DNA of 64,000 nt, taken from contig OZ220741.1 in NCBI GenBank assembly GCA_965116885.1, positions 896,001 to 960,000 on the forward strand, in the 5' to 3' direction. The position numbers and the translations under genes are program-made. Below, in pieces: positions 1-10,257 of this stretch (the stretch's first letter is position 1; every line of letters starts with the position of its first letter). The stretch comes from Candidatus Latescibacterota bacterium (GTDB lineage: Bacteria > Latescibacterota > UBA2968). A model generated the notes under the pieces. It was not told the DNA's origin. It worked only from the letters and a program-made list of their open reading frames with translations, and did not search any database.

Positions 1-1
1 C

Positions 2-301
2 CTACCCGTCGTCACCGTAAATGTAGAAGAAGCGCAGTTGCAAACAGACATTCCCGACCTGCCTGCAGATGAGGAAGCCCTGTGTAGCCATCCCGCAATA
101 GCCGAACGCATTCGCGAGCAATTATTAAAAGAAGCCACGGCATCTGGCCTTCCCGCACACGAGCGCCCGCAAAAAGTACTGATCTTGCCAGACCAGTTGA
201 GCGAAGAAACGGGAACCCTCACGCGGGGATTGAAAAAGGTCGTACCCGGTAGAATAGAAGAAATTTACGCAAACGAAATCGCCGCAGCGTATGATGGATA
301 A
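2..301 (+). CDS. C-terminal part of an AMP-binding long-chain acyl-CoA ligase-like protein (5' truncated by window)
   Basis: Open frame from the window edge; C-terminus ERPQKVLILPDQLSEETGTLTRGLK...IEEIY resembles FadD/ACSL C-termini. Confidence 0.7.
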   Translation, partial: LPVVTVNVEEAQLQTDIPDLPADEEALCSHPAIAERIREQLLKEATASGLPAHERPQKVLILPDQLSEETGTLTRGLKKVVPGRIEEIYANEIAAAYDG

Positions 302-306
302 TTCCC

Positions 307-1338
307 ATGCCAATTTTAAACCCCGATAAACTGCGGCGCATTGGCCGCGAAGTCTTCGAACGCATAGGCGCAACACCCGAAGAAGCCCAAATTGTGGCCG
401 ATCTGCTCGTAGCCTCCAATCTCGCGGGACACGACTCGCACGGCGTCGTCCGCATACCGCAATACGTATCCGGCGTTCAAAGCGGTCAAATACAGCTCGG
501 AACAACCGTGGAAATCGAACGGGAAACCGATGCAACAGCCGTCGTAAACGGACACTGGGGATTTGGGCATGTAACCGCAACAGAAGCCATGCACATCGCC
601 ATCCAAAAAGCCCAAAAAAGTGCTGTCGGCATCGCAACAGTACACCAGTGCAACCACATCGGGCGATTGGGTGGCTATCCCGTACTCGCCGCGGCTGAAA
701 ACATGGTCGGACTGATGAGCAACAACGGCCACGGCGCCGACCTCTCAATGGCACCCTGGGGAGGACTGGGACGCATCTTGCCCGCAAATTGTCTCGCCGT
801 TGCATTCCCTTCGGACCGCGACTTCCCCATATCACTGGACTTAACCGCCGCAACTGCGGCAGGTGGCAAAATGCGGGTCGCACTGGCACGGGGCGAGCGC
901 GTACCCGAAAATTGGCTCATCGACGCCGAAGGCAACCCCACAACGGATCCCGCCGACTACGTACACGGCAACGCCGCACTAACCCCCTTTGGCGACCACA
1001 AAGGCTATGGCCTATCATTCATCTTCGACATCTTATCCGGCGCCCTATCGCCCGCCGGTTGCACCCGCGAAAATTCACCCGTAACGGGCAACGCCCTATT
1101 TGTACAGGCCATTCGCATTGACGCGTTCCAGCCCATCTCCGATTTTAAGACCGAAATCGGGCGATTTATCGACTACGTAAAATCGGCAAAAACCGCACCG
1201 GGATTCGACGAAATACTCGTGCCCGGCGAACGCTCCTATCGCACGGGTTGTGAACGCGAGGCAAATGGGGTCCCCATAGAAGACACAACCTGGGAACAAA
1301 TTTGCGAAACCGCAAAAAAATTCGATGTAAAAGTTTAG
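307..1338 (+). CDS. Ldh_2-family (malate/L-lactate/L-sulfolactate dehydrogenase-like) oxidoreductase
   Basis: GHDSHG, NHIGRLG, GDHKGYGL and PGE motifs; 343 aa. Confidence 0.9.
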   Translation: MPILNPDKLRRIGREVFERIGATPEEAQIVADLLVASNLAGHDSHGVVRIPQYVSGVQSGQIQLGTTVEIERETDATAVVNGHWGFGHVTATEAMHIAIQKAQKSAVGIATVHQCNHIGRLGGYPVLAAAENMVGLMSNNGHGADLSMAPWGGLGRILPANCLAVAFPSDRDFPISLDLTAATAAGGKMRVALARGERVPENWLIDAEGNPTTDPADYVHGNAALTPFGDHKGYGLSFIFDILSGALSPAGCTRENSPVTGNALFVQAIRIDAFQPISDFKTEIGRFIDYVKSAKTAPGFDEILVPGERSYRTGCEREANGVPIEDTTWEQICETAKKFDVKV

Positions 1339-1352
1339 CCACCGCCTCAAAC

Positions 1353-1390
1353 AAAAACCCGCCCCCTATTTTTCAGGGAGCGGGTTTTTT
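1353..1390. terminator. Bidirectional intrinsic terminator
   Basis: AAAAACCCGC...GCGGGTTTTTT hairpin between convergent genes. Confidence 0.8.
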
Positions 1391-1401
1391 GTTAAACCGC
1401 G

Positions 1402-2799
1402 TTATTCTTTTGCTTCAGGCGGATCAGGCGGTTCGGGTGGCGTAGGCGTTTCTGGCGCATCGATCTCTTCATCTGGATACAACCTCAGACTGCCCCGGCC
1501 GAGTTCAATCGCAACCTTGGAACCGCCGCCATTGAGTTGACCCGTCACCACCTGTGAGGTACGCGACACGCCGGTAATAGACAGAGGCAGGTCGGTCTGG
1601 ATACTTCCGCGCCCGACATAACCGTGTACATCAACTGCCGAACCATCGGGAATGATGAGATCAACCGCGCCATCTCTATTTTGAATCGCGTAGTCATCGC
1701 CAATGGGTTTGTGTGGACGCACCGCAATATTGCTGCCGCGGCTTTGTATAATGACACCCGCCTCGGGATTTTCAATTTCGATAGCTCCCCGGTTGGCCTG
1801 TACAGTAGTTGCACCGGCAATATTTTTCAGGCGCGTTGCACCGCGATTATTTTTTACATCCACACGTCCCCCAACCCGACCGACGTTAATTGAACCGCGG
1901 TTATTGTTTGCAATAAAATCGCCACCAGCATGTTGCACCGCGATATCGCCGCGGTTCTGTTTGACCCTTATATTGCCCGACGCACCTTCAAAAATCGTTT
2001 TACCGCGGTTATTATTGAGGGTTGCTGCACCATCAATTTTGGGAAGCGTAATATTGCCGTGCCTTGCTCGCACATCGAGATCAACTTTTTCGGGATGATG
2101 CAACTCAAAGTCGATCCGCACAGATCGAATCGAATCGCCTTTTTTGCGTTTGGGCACATTGGGTCGTATCTGCACAGCACTGGATTCCCGCCGGATTTGA
2201 ATATCAATCTGCTCGGCAAAAGCCTGCACCGCTTCTTCATCAGTTCCCCAAACCGAGATTTTTGCGTCAACCTGAACCTCATCGCGATCCCAAATTTTTG
2301 AAGTAACATGGCCTTTTGGCGTCCGTACGGATAGACGATCAGATACCTGGATCGGCGTTGTCTCAACAAATTGTCGAACCGCTTTTTCGGGATGCTTTCT
2401 ATCGCTATCTTCCACCCATTGTGAAACGGCTTCAGACGCTGTTTGCATCGCTTCCTGAACAATCTCACCCACATCGGGCATTGAGCGCGTAGCTTCGCGC
2501 ACGATGCGATTGACATCGGGCATCGCCTCGCGCACCGCGCGTCTGGCTCTGGGCATCGCCTCGCGCAGGGTCTCTTGTGCTTCGCGAATGCGTTCTTGCA
2601 CCTCAACCTGAATATCCGCACCGCCACTGCGTCGTCGTCGCCGCTGGCGCTGACGACTTCCATTGCGTCTGCGCTGGCGACCTTCACCTCGCGGTTCTTC
2701 TGCAGTATCCCCGAGCGCATCGAGTAATTTCACGGCATCTTCTGCCGTTATTTTTCCATCTTGAATCATCTCGAGAACCTTCATGCGTTCTTCTTTCAC
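1402..2799 (-). CDS. DUF4097 (adhesin-like beta-repeat) protein with N-terminal SHOCT-like helix
   Basis: N-terminal EERMKVLEMIQDGKITAEDAVKLLDAL; repeated NNRG/NRG beta-strand units; GTG start with AAGGAG RBS. Confidence 0.8.
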   Translation of the reverse strand: MKEERMKVLEMIQDGKITAEDAVKLLDALGDTAEEPRGEGRQRRRNGSRQRQRRRRRSGGADIQVEVQERIREAQETLREAMPRARRAVREAMPDVNRIVREATRSMPDVGEIVQEAMQTASEAVSQWVEDSDRKHPEKAVRQFVETTPIQVSDRLSVRTPKGHVTSKIWDRDEVQVDAKISVWGTDEEAVQAFAEQIDIQIRRESSAVQIRPNVPKRKKGDSIRSVRIDFELHHPEKVDLDVRARHGNITLPKIDGAATLNNNRGKTIFEGASGNIRVKQNRGDIAVQHAGGDFIANNNRGSINVGRVGGRVDVKNNRGATRLKNIAGATTVQANRGAIEIENPEAGVIIQSRGSNIAVRPHKPIGDDYAIQNRDGAVDLIIPDGSAVDVHGYVGRGSIQTDLPLSITGVSRTSQVVTGQLNGGGSKVAIELGRGSLRLYPDEEIDAPETPTPPEPPDPPEAKE

Positions 2800-2814
2800 A
2801 ATATACTCCTTTCT

Positions 2815-3204
2815 TTATTTTTTATTCATCCTTCTAAGTTCTTCCGCTGCATCCTCCACCGTAATCTCACCGGATTCGAGACGGTCGAGAACCTCTTGCT
2901 GGGACGCAGCGGACAAATCTTCCACCTCGGGATGTGTCCCCGTTGCAAAACCGAGTTCTGCAATCACATCGTCGAGATGGTTGCGAATCGTGCTATAGGG
3001 CACGCGGAGTTCGCGCGTCATCTCTTTGACATTGCCGCGCAATCGGACAAATGTCTCGACAAAAGCCAGATTTTCGGGCGATAGACGGTTAAAAATTGTG
3101 GGCTGAAACTCTCCAATAACCTCACATTCACATCGCGTACAGCGAATGCGGGTGACAATCACATCATTCTGGCAGGCTGGGCATTTCTCAATAATTTTAC
3201 GCAT
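2815..3204 (-). CDS. DUF2089-family protein (Zn ribbon + HTH + SHOCT-like)
   Basis: CPAC...CTRC; RGNVKEM...YSTIRNHLD; C-terminal LDRLESGEITVEDA. Confidence 0.85.
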   Translation of the reverse strand: MRKIIEKCPACQNDVIVTRIRCTRCECEVIGEFQPTIFNRLSPENLAFVETFVRLRGNVKEMTRELRVPYSTIRNHLDDVIAELGFATGTHPEVEDLSAASQQEVLDRLESGEITVEDAAEELRRMNKK

Positions 3205-3456
3205 ATTGATCCTTTTTTTCACTTTAGACACCATTTTAGACAAAAAATTTCATTAAAATATAAAATATTTCACAATAAATGCAATTTATTTTTTACAACT
3301 ATTGGTCTTTTAAATAAATTTGACTACGTTTTTATATTTATCTGACAGACTGGATTAAGGCAATAAACTGATTTGAAGGACCAAAACCTTCTCATTTGAC
3401 TTTTTCTAATAATTTCTTTCCTTGTTATACCCCTTCACCCCAAAACGAGGCACCCA

Positions 3457-6048
3457 ATGACACGCCTACTAATCGTCCTCATCGCATTGATCGGCCTGGG
3501 CACACCGGCTCATTCTCGCGTTGACATCAGCTATTACCTGCCCGAAAGCACGACCTACGACCCCAACATCCCCACACCCGAAGCCTTTTTCGGATTTCAG
3601 ATTGGCGATTGGCACCTGCGGCACGACCTCATCGTAAACTACATGCACACATTGTCCGAACGCTCTGACCGCATAGTCCTCACGCAATATGCCCAAACAC
3701 ACCAGCAACGCCCCCTATTATTACTCACCATCACATCCCCACAAAATCACCAGAACCTCGAAACCATCCAGATACAACACCGGCAACTCACAAACCCGGA
3801 CCAGTCGCCCGCGCTCAACATCAACACAATGCCCGTGGTCGTGTACATGGGATATAGCATCCATGGCAATGAACCCAGCGGCGGCAACGCCGCACCATTA
3901 ATTGCATATCATCTGGCGGCGGCGCAAGGTCCCGCCATAGACAACCTCCTCGCCAACGCCGTCATCTTGCTCGATCCCGTATCCAATCCCGACGGCTTTA
4001 GTCGCTTTGCACACTGGGCAAACATGTACCGCAGCAAACAACTCGTTGCCGATCCCGAGCACCGGGAACATCGAGAAATCTGGCCGAGCGGACGCACCAA
4101 CCACTACTGGTTTGACCTCAACCGCGACTGGGTATTTATCCAGCATCCCGAAAGCCGGGGGCGAATCGAGACATTCCACGCCTGGAAACCCAATATGCTC
4201 ACCGACCACCATGAAATGAGCACCAATTCCACTTACTTTTTTCAACCGGGCATACCCTCGCGCAACAATCCCCTCACGCCAGCACGCACTTATGAACTCA
4301 CCGCTGCAATCGCCAAACGCAACGTCAGCGCGCTCGATAAAATCGGCACACTATATTACACACGGGAGTCATTCGACGATTTTTACATCGGCAAAGGATC
4401 GACCTATCCCGATCTCAACGGCGGCGTGGGCCTTCTCTTTGAGCAAGCCAGCGCACGCGGACTGATGCAAGAAAGCATTCACGGACCCATCTCATTTCCC
4501 TTTGCCATACGCAATCAGATAAGAACTGCCCTATCAGCACTCCAGGCAGCCCAGGAACTGCGCACCGAACTGCTATCGCATCAGCGCGATTTTTACATCT
4601 CTGCATCCCAGGACGCCGCAAGTGCCGCCATCAAAGCTTATGTTGTTGGCGATCCGGATGACATGGCGCGCACCCATCATTTTCTCGACATCCTCCAGCA
4701 GCACCACATACAGATCTACGACCTCGCGCGTCCCCTGCGCGTCGGCGGTCAGACCTTCCAGCCCGGCTCGGCCTATATCATTCCCACCGCGCAACCGCAA
4801 TACCGTCTGCTCACCAGCCTATTTGAGCGCCGCACCACCTTTCGCGACAGCTTATTCTACGATGTCTCAGCCTGGACATTACCCCTATCATTTAACATGC
4901 CCCTATTAGAAATCAAGTCGTCATCCCAGGAATTTATCGGCGACCTCTTGCCACCGTCCAAATTTCCTCGAGGCCGTCTGTCTGTCTCCAATCCGGAGAT
5001 CAATACTTATGCGTACCTTTTTGAGTGGAACGGACATTATGCACCTCGCGCACTCTACCGCCTGCAAAAAGCCGGTATAAAAGCCAAAGTGGCCTCGCGA
5101 CAGCTTAGCATGCGTATTTCCTCAGACTCGGAGAATGAGCGCTTATTTGACTACGGCACCATACTCATCCCCATGGGCATACAAAAAAACGATCCGCAGA
5201 CGATTCGAAACCTCATGCAAACAATCGCACGCGAAGATGCTCTCAACGTATTTGCCGTCTCCACCGGACAGACCGACAGCGGTATTGACCTGGGCAGCCC
5301 GGGGTTTGTCCCCCTCGAAACACCTCAAATAGCCCTTTTAATTGGCAAAGGCGCCGATGTCTATAACGCCGGTGAAGTGTGGCATTTGTTAGACCAGCGC
5401 TACAATATGGCGATCAGCCTCATAGACGCCAGCCATGTGCGCGATATAGACCTCAATCGCTATAATACAGTAATCGCAGCAGGCGGATCGTATAGCGACC
5501 TCGACTCTACAAGTGTCAACGCCTTAAAACAGTGGCTACGTCAGGGCAATACACTCATAGCACTCAACAGTGCGGTTCGCTGGGCCATCAATACCAAACT
5601 CGCCAGTGCCCAATTCGTCGGGCGAAATCGAGAAAATTACAGTGAACGCAAAGCTTATATCAATGCACCCAGCGATCGGGGAGCGCAAATCATTGGCGGT
5701 GCTATCTTTCGGGTTCACCTGGATCGCACCCATCCCCTCGCCTATGGGTATCGCGATGACAGCCTGCCAGTCTTTCGGCGCGGCACACTCTTTATCAAAC
5801 CAGTAAACCCCTATGCCACCCCTTTGCAATACACCAAACAGCCCTTGCTCGCAGGTTATATCTCTGAACAAAACCACAATTACATCGCCGAATCCGCATC
5901 CACTCTCGTCGCCAAACAGGGCTATGGCCGCGTCATACTCATGCTCGACAACCCCACCTTCCGCGCCTATTGGTACGGTACTCAAAAACTCCTCGCCAAC
6001 GCCCTCTTTTTCGGTCCCACCATCCGTCTTAGCACATTGGACGAGTAA
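3457..6048 (+). CDS. Secreted M14-family zinc carboxypeptidase
   Basis: Signal peptide; HGNE, DLNRD and DHHE motifs. Confidence 0.9.
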   Translation: MTRLLIVLIALIGLGTPAHSRVDISYYLPESTTYDPNIPTPEAFFGFQIGDWHLRHDLIVNYMHTLSERSDRIVLTQYAQTHQQRPLLLLTITSPQNHQNLETIQIQHRQLTNPDQSPALNINTMPVVVYMGYSIHGNEPSGGNAAPLIAYHLAAAQGPAIDNLLANAVILLDPVSNPDGFSRFAHWANMYRSKQLVADPEHREHREIWPSGRTNHYWFDLNRDWVFIQHPESRGRIETFHAWKPNMLTDHHEMSTNSTYFFQPGIPSRNNPLTPARTYELTAAIAKRNVSALDKIGTLYYTRESFDDFYIGKGSTYPDLNGGVGLLFEQASARGLMQESIHGPISFPFAIRNQIRTALSALQAAQELRTELLSHQRDFYISASQDAASAAIKAYVVGDPDDMARTHHFLDILQQHHIQIYDLARPLRVGGQTFQPGSAYIIPTAQPQYRLLTSLFERRTTFRDSLFYDVSAWTLPLSFNMPLLEIKSSSQEFIGDLLPPSKFPRGRLSVSNPEINTYAYLFEWNGHYAPRALYRLQKAGIKAKVASRQLSMRISSDSENERLFDYGTILIPMGIQKNDPQTIRNLMQTIAREDALNVFAVSTGQTDSGIDLGSPGFVPLETPQIALLIGKGADVYNAGEVWHLLDQRYNMAISLIDASHVRDIDLNRYNTVIAAGGSYSDLDSTSVNALKQWLRQGNTLIALNSAVRWAINTKLASAQFVGRNRENYSERKAYINAPSDRGAQIIGGAIFRVHLDRTHPLAYGYRDDSLPVFRRGTLFIKPVNPYATPLQYTKQPLLAGYISEQNHNYIAESASTLVAKQGYGRVILMLDNPTFRAYWYGTQKLLANALFFGPTIRLSTLDE

Positions 6049-6060
6049 CAGGCGCATATC

Positions 6061-6132
6061 AGGACAACCACAGAGGGTTGTCCCTACAACAAACCACAAT
6101 ATCATCGTAGGGGACGGCCCCTGTGCCGTCCC
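6061..6132. repeat. GTAG-type REP doublet
   Basis: Inverted copy of GTAGGGACAACCCTCTGTGGTTGTCCT, 19-bp spacer, then GTAGGGGACGGCCCCTGTGCCGTCCC. Confidence 0.85.
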
Positions 6133-6149
6133 GGTATTCAGCCCAAAAC

Positions 6150-6185
6150 AAAAGAGCACTGATTCTGAGAACCAGTGCTCTTTTT
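6150..6185. terminator. Bidirectional intrinsic terminator
   Basis: AAAAGAGCACTG...CAGTGCTCTTTTT. Confidence 0.8.
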
Positions 6186-6210
6186 ATTATTCGCATCAGG
6201 GCTTTTGTTT

Positions 6211-6981
6211 TCACCGTTGAATATCGTGACGCGTGGCATCTTTGGGCACGGGCAAAACAAAATCCTCGTCGGACAAGCCCGCATTGACGACGCGCGATTT
6301 GATCTGTATGAGCATCACATCCTCACCCTGCCGAATCTCGATACGACGGGGCAGTGCAAAGCCGCCATCCATGCGATAATCAGACAGCATGCGTGCCGAT
6401 ACGAGTTGTCCATCGCCGTTATAAACCCTCTCCTCGCGCAAAAAACCCGTACGCGCCTCAATCCAGAGACGACGCAAATAAAGATCGTATTGCAACTCCA
6501 AAAAAATATGTTCTTCCCCGGGTTCAAAACGCACCACGCGGGAGGCATCTATGGGAGAGAGATTGGGCAAACCGAGAATGGCGCGATCGTACGCATAATA
6601 GGACAAATCAACATCCGTGAGTACGTAGAGCACATCTTCGGGATTGCCCACGAGATAGCGATTCTCGCGGGGCAGATGAACGTGCAGCGTATCGTTTTGG
6701 GCACGCGCGGCCATGACCACAGTGCCGAAACCCCCAACCACGAGTTTGAGATTCGAAGGAAAACGGTGGCGCACAAGCGCAGAAGCCCTGCGTTCGCGCA
6801 CCCCATCAACAGTGAGATCAACGCTGGCGCGAACTTCTTGATTGTGCAAACTGTCGTAGCGGGTAGCGATGAGATGGAAAAATTCGGTTGAAGAAGTAAC
6901 AGGCGGCAAAAGAGCGGGGCGATTGGCGACGCAACCAGCGACCAGAAAGAGGAGAATAAGTAGGCATCTACGATTGTGCAT
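6211..6981 (-). CDS. Lipoprotein, DUF4292/LolB-like fold
   Basis: Lipobox VAGC; beta-rich; downstream of a TPR gene. Confidence 0.65.
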   Translation of the reverse strand: MHNRRCLLILLFLVAGCVANRPALLPPVTSSTEFFHLIATRYDSLHNQEVRASVDLTVDGVRERRASALVRHRFPSNLKLVVGGFGTVVMAARAQNDTLHVHLPRENRYLVGNPEDVLYVLTDVDLSYYAYDRAILGLPNLSPIDASRVVRFEPGEEHIFLELQYDLYLRRLWIEARTGFLREERVYNGDGQLVSARMLSDYRMDGGFALPRRIEIRQGEDVMLIQIKSRVVNAGLSDEDFVLPVPKDATRHDIQR

Positions 6982-6984
6982 GGG

Positions 6985-7020
6985 TTCGTCTATTCGTCCA
7001 TTCGTCCATTCGTCTATTCG
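6985..7020 (-). repeat. Short 8-bp tandem repeat (ACGAATRG)
   Basis: Minus strand reads CGAATAG ACGAATGG ACGAATGG ACGAATAG ACGAA; same unit as 48268-48408. Confidence 0.85.
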
Positions 7021-8921
7021 GAATAACTGGCGTCTTTGGAAAGATTTTTGAATTTTTCCCGCAGAGTCTGGTTATCGGGATCAAATTCTATAGCGCGTTC
7101 ATAATGGTGGCTTGCGCGGGAGAAATCGCCCATTTTGTGCGCTGTGTCTCCCGCGTGCTCGTGGATGACCGCGAGATTTTCGCGCAGACCATCTACGATC
7201 GGGGAATTGGGATTGGTTTGGCGAAGGGTTTCTTCCTCTACGGTGAGTGCGCGGTCCAGCCAGCGCGCGGCATTTTCATACTGTTTGAGCTGATAATAGA
7301 CCCAGCCGAGGCTATCGAGATAAGCACCATTCTCAGGGTCATTTTTCAGGGCGCGTTCAATTAACTTTTTCGCTTCAGTGAGGCGTTCACCGCGCTCGGC
7401 GAGCATATACCCCAAATAATTGCTGGCCTCTGCGTGATCCTGGTCCAGTGCCAAAAGACGTTGAAATATGGCGACAGCGCGATCGAACTGTCCCGCCCGT
7501 TCAAGACTGCGCCCCAGATCAAAGAGCACATGCTCGAGAAATTCGGGATTGTCTTCCGTATCCGCGATAAGTGGCTCCAGCAGGGGAATGGCTTTTTCCC
7601 AGTTGCGATCAAAAAGATATGTGCGCGCCAGTTCGTAGCGAAAACCCGTGTGTTCTGGCCTCACGTCAACAGCCTGTTGATAGATATTGCGCGCACTGGC
7701 AATCTCGTCCTGCCGCAGATAAACGCGGGCGAGATCAAACGCGATTTGATCGTAATACTCGCTTTCAGAGCGCGTGTCTCGATGGAGTTTTTCCAAAATC
7801 TGTTGCGCGCTTGCCCAGTTTTCTTCAACTCTATAAGAACGGGCTATACCGAGATGATATTCGGTCTTTTCACCCTGCAAGTTGGCGTGGCGATAAGTTT
7901 TGCGCGCATCTGCCGTACGATTGACATCGAGCAACAGACCGGCTTTTGTGCCCAGCAGGGTCTGATTTTCGGGATCGGTTTGCAACTGGTGATTGAGAAC
8001 GCGTTCGGCCATATCGGCAAATAGCATTTTCTCGCCGTGATCGTGACGGCCCCGCACCATTCTGAGAAGCACATTGCCCAACCGATTGACCAGGTGGGTA
8101 TCTGGTGGCATTTCTTCAAGAAGGCGATTTAGATAGTATTTGTGAGTATAAATATGTACTAATTGAACCCAGACTGGAACAGTCTGCTTGGTAACGTTAT
8201 AATCTCGCCGCGCGACTATCCGCCGAAAATTTTGTTCGGCAGATAGTGTATCGCCCCGAGAGAGCTGTGTTATGCCCAGTTGAAAAAGGAGATCGTCATT
8301 ATTGGGATCATCTTCGAGGATATCGCGATAAATTTGCGCTGCTTTGTCAAACGCGCGCAGCCGGTGGTAGTTCTCAGCGGCAAAGAGCTTTTCCTGCGCG
8401 CCCTGTCCTGGAATAGCGGCAATGCTGTCGAGCACCGTTATGATTTTACTGCGCTGCCCCCGGGCATTGTAAATTTGGAGAAGTTGATTATAAGCACTCA
8501 GGTCTCGCGGCGCGAGTCGCACAATAGTATTTAACTGGTCAATAGCTGTGGTAGTATCGCGCAAGCCCCGGCTGAGAGCGTGATAATAGAGCCAGCGGGT
8601 CTGCACATTTTTGGGATCAATTTGAATGGCTCGCCGTGCGGGTTCGACCGCATCTTGAAACCGCCGAACAGCATTGAGATTGCGAGCCAGTGCGTTGTAA
8701 AGCGTCGCAGAGGTCGAATCGTACTGCACAGCAGCTCGCAGTTCGGAAATAGCCTGATCGCGTTGGCCTGCGGCTTCTGCAAATCGCGCTCGTAAAAAGT
8801 GCGTAACTGCCTGGGGATGCGGGGGTGTTTTCTTTGGTACAGACCGCAAGCTAATTTGCGGTTGCTGCGCTGTTGTACAGCCGATGAGCAATGTAAGCAA
8901 ACATAAGAATGTGTAACGCAT
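7014..8921 (-). CDS. TPR-repeat lipoprotein
   Basis: Lipobox LIGC; many TPRs; NYLGYMLAE and YLDSLGWVYY motifs. Confidence 0.9.
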   Translation of the reverse strand: MRYTFLCLLTLLIGCTTAQQPQISLRSVPKKTPPHPQAVTHFLRARFAEAAGQRDQAISELRAAVQYDSTSATLYNALARNLNAVRRFQDAVEPARRAIQIDPKNVQTRWLYYHALSRGLRDTTTAIDQLNTIVRLAPRDLSAYNQLLQIYNARGQRSKIITVLDSIAAIPGQGAQEKLFAAENYHRLRAFDKAAQIYRDILEDDPNNDDLLFQLGITQLSRGDTLSAEQNFRRIVARRDYNVTKQTVPVWVQLVHIYTHKYYLNRLLEEMPPDTHLVNRLGNVLLRMVRGRHDHGEKMLFADMAERVLNHQLQTDPENQTLLGTKAGLLLDVNRTADARKTYRHANLQGEKTEYHLGIARSYRVEENWASAQQILEKLHRDTRSESEYYDQIAFDLARVYLRQDEIASARNIYQQAVDVRPEHTGFRYELARTYLFDRNWEKAIPLLEPLIADTEDNPEFLEHVLFDLGRSLERAGQFDRAVAIFQRLLALDQDHAEASNYLGYMLAERGERLTEAKKLIERALKNDPENGAYLDSLGWVYYQLKQYENAARWLDRALTVEEETLRQTNPNSPIVDGLRENLAVIHEHAGDTAHKMGDFSRASHHYERAIEFDPDNQTLREKFKNLSKDASYSE

Positions 8922-8926
8922 GATCT

Positions 8927-10177
8927 TTAATCCCTATGTGGGCGAATTTTTGATTTGGGTTTTTTGAACTCCCACATCAGTTCGCTGCGGCCAAAATCGG
9001 TTTCGTGAGACTGCACGATGAGTTTGATGTACTTTGTCTGATCTGAAACAACTGGTGTTTTCATAACCGTATGCGCAGAAAAATAAAGTATAAGCAATTT
9101 TTCATTGCCCACATAAGTAATATTCATGGGCGGCTCTGCAAAATAGCGCACCTTTTCACCGGGCGTATAAGTGGGAGAAATATACGTACCAAATACATCC
9201 GTAACTTCCATTTCTCTGCCCGGTACAGAAACCTGGAGTGCTTCGAGCGGATAAAATGCCCGTTCTTCAATTTTGTCGGGTTCATACCCGATCTCTTCGC
9301 TGTCTTCGAGGTAAATTGTCCAGCGACTCAGATCGAGATACGCCTTGTCGTAAATGGTATTGAATTTTAAGCGAATTTGAATATCGTCATCGAGTCGGTT
9401 TTGGCTGGCATACGCATCCCATGTCTGGGCAGAAATGCTATCGGGACCGTAGTGGGTTTGCAACATGTCAAACTCTGAACGCACGAGATCCGGGACGTAA
9501 AGCGTAGCAGAGATGAGCAGCGGGGAACGCACGACGCGATAGCGTTCGGAAACGTTCAACTCTCGGAATTGCAAATCGGGGTGCGCGGCAATACTCGGTG
9601 CCTGCGACAGATTGTCTATAGGACGCACCGAGGGAACAAAGCTGCGCACAGTCCATATCTTGAGCAATTGCGGATATGTCCAGGTATTATCTGGATCCGG
9701 CTTTGATGGCAGGGTGAGTTTATAGACCTCCTTTTTTCCCGAAAACTCGGGAAAAAGCGGGGAGTTTTGAACGTGATAATAGGGATATTGCGCAATGGGA
9801 ATGGCAAAAACATCGCCTTTGCCAATGAGTTTATCCAGGCGTTCAATTTGCTTGCTATCGAGCGCAGTTTTAAGCGCATCAAACACGGCACTCGCACTGT
9901 CATTAGCACTCTGCCGCAGACTTCTCAGATCTTTGAGTTTGGGAACATAGCCCTGCCACAAAAGGGCTTCATTGGTACGGCGCGCGCGTTCGGTTTGATA
10001 TTCAATCACGACATCGCGAAGTGCTGAAACGCGTTTGGCAATATGCTCTTTCTGATCGCCCCTCGCCTTGAGATGTTTGCTCAATCGATCCGCTTCGAGG
10101 AGATCCTTCGTATTGGCACCCCAGGCAGTTTGGAGCGCGACAAGGAAAACCGCGACGAAACTTGCTCGGAAAAACAT
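8927..10177 (-). CDS. Hypothetical secreted protein
   Basis: Long ORF co-oriented between rnr and the TPR gene; signal-peptide-like MFFRASFVAVFLVALQTAWGA; start uncertain (10177 or 10213). Confidence 0.7.
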   Translation of the reverse strand: MFFRASFVAVFLVALQTAWGANTKDLLEADRLSKHLKARGDQKEHIAKRVSALRDVVIEYQTERARRTNEALLWQGYVPKLKDLRSLRQSANDSASAVFDALKTALDSKQIERLDKLIGKGDVFAIPIAQYPYYHVQNSPLFPEFSGKKEVYKLTLPSKPDPDNTWTYPQLLKIWTVRSFVPSVRPIDNLSQAPSIAAHPDLQFRELNVSERYRVVRSPLLISATLYVPDLVRSEFDMLQTHYGPDSISAQTWDAYASQNRLDDDIQIRLKFNTIYDKAYLDLSRWTIYLEDSEEIGYEPDKIEERAFYPLEALQVSVPGREMEVTDVFGTYISPTYTPGEKVRYFAEPPMNITYVGNEKLLILYFSAHTVMKTPVVSDQTKYIKLIVQSHETDFGRSELMWEFKKPKSKIRPHRD

Positions 10178-10257
10178 GATATATACCCGTGTGTATTTTA
10201 TGTCTAAAGCCAACCCCTATTTTAATGTTTGAACGCCCAAAAGGTTCAAAATTGCGT

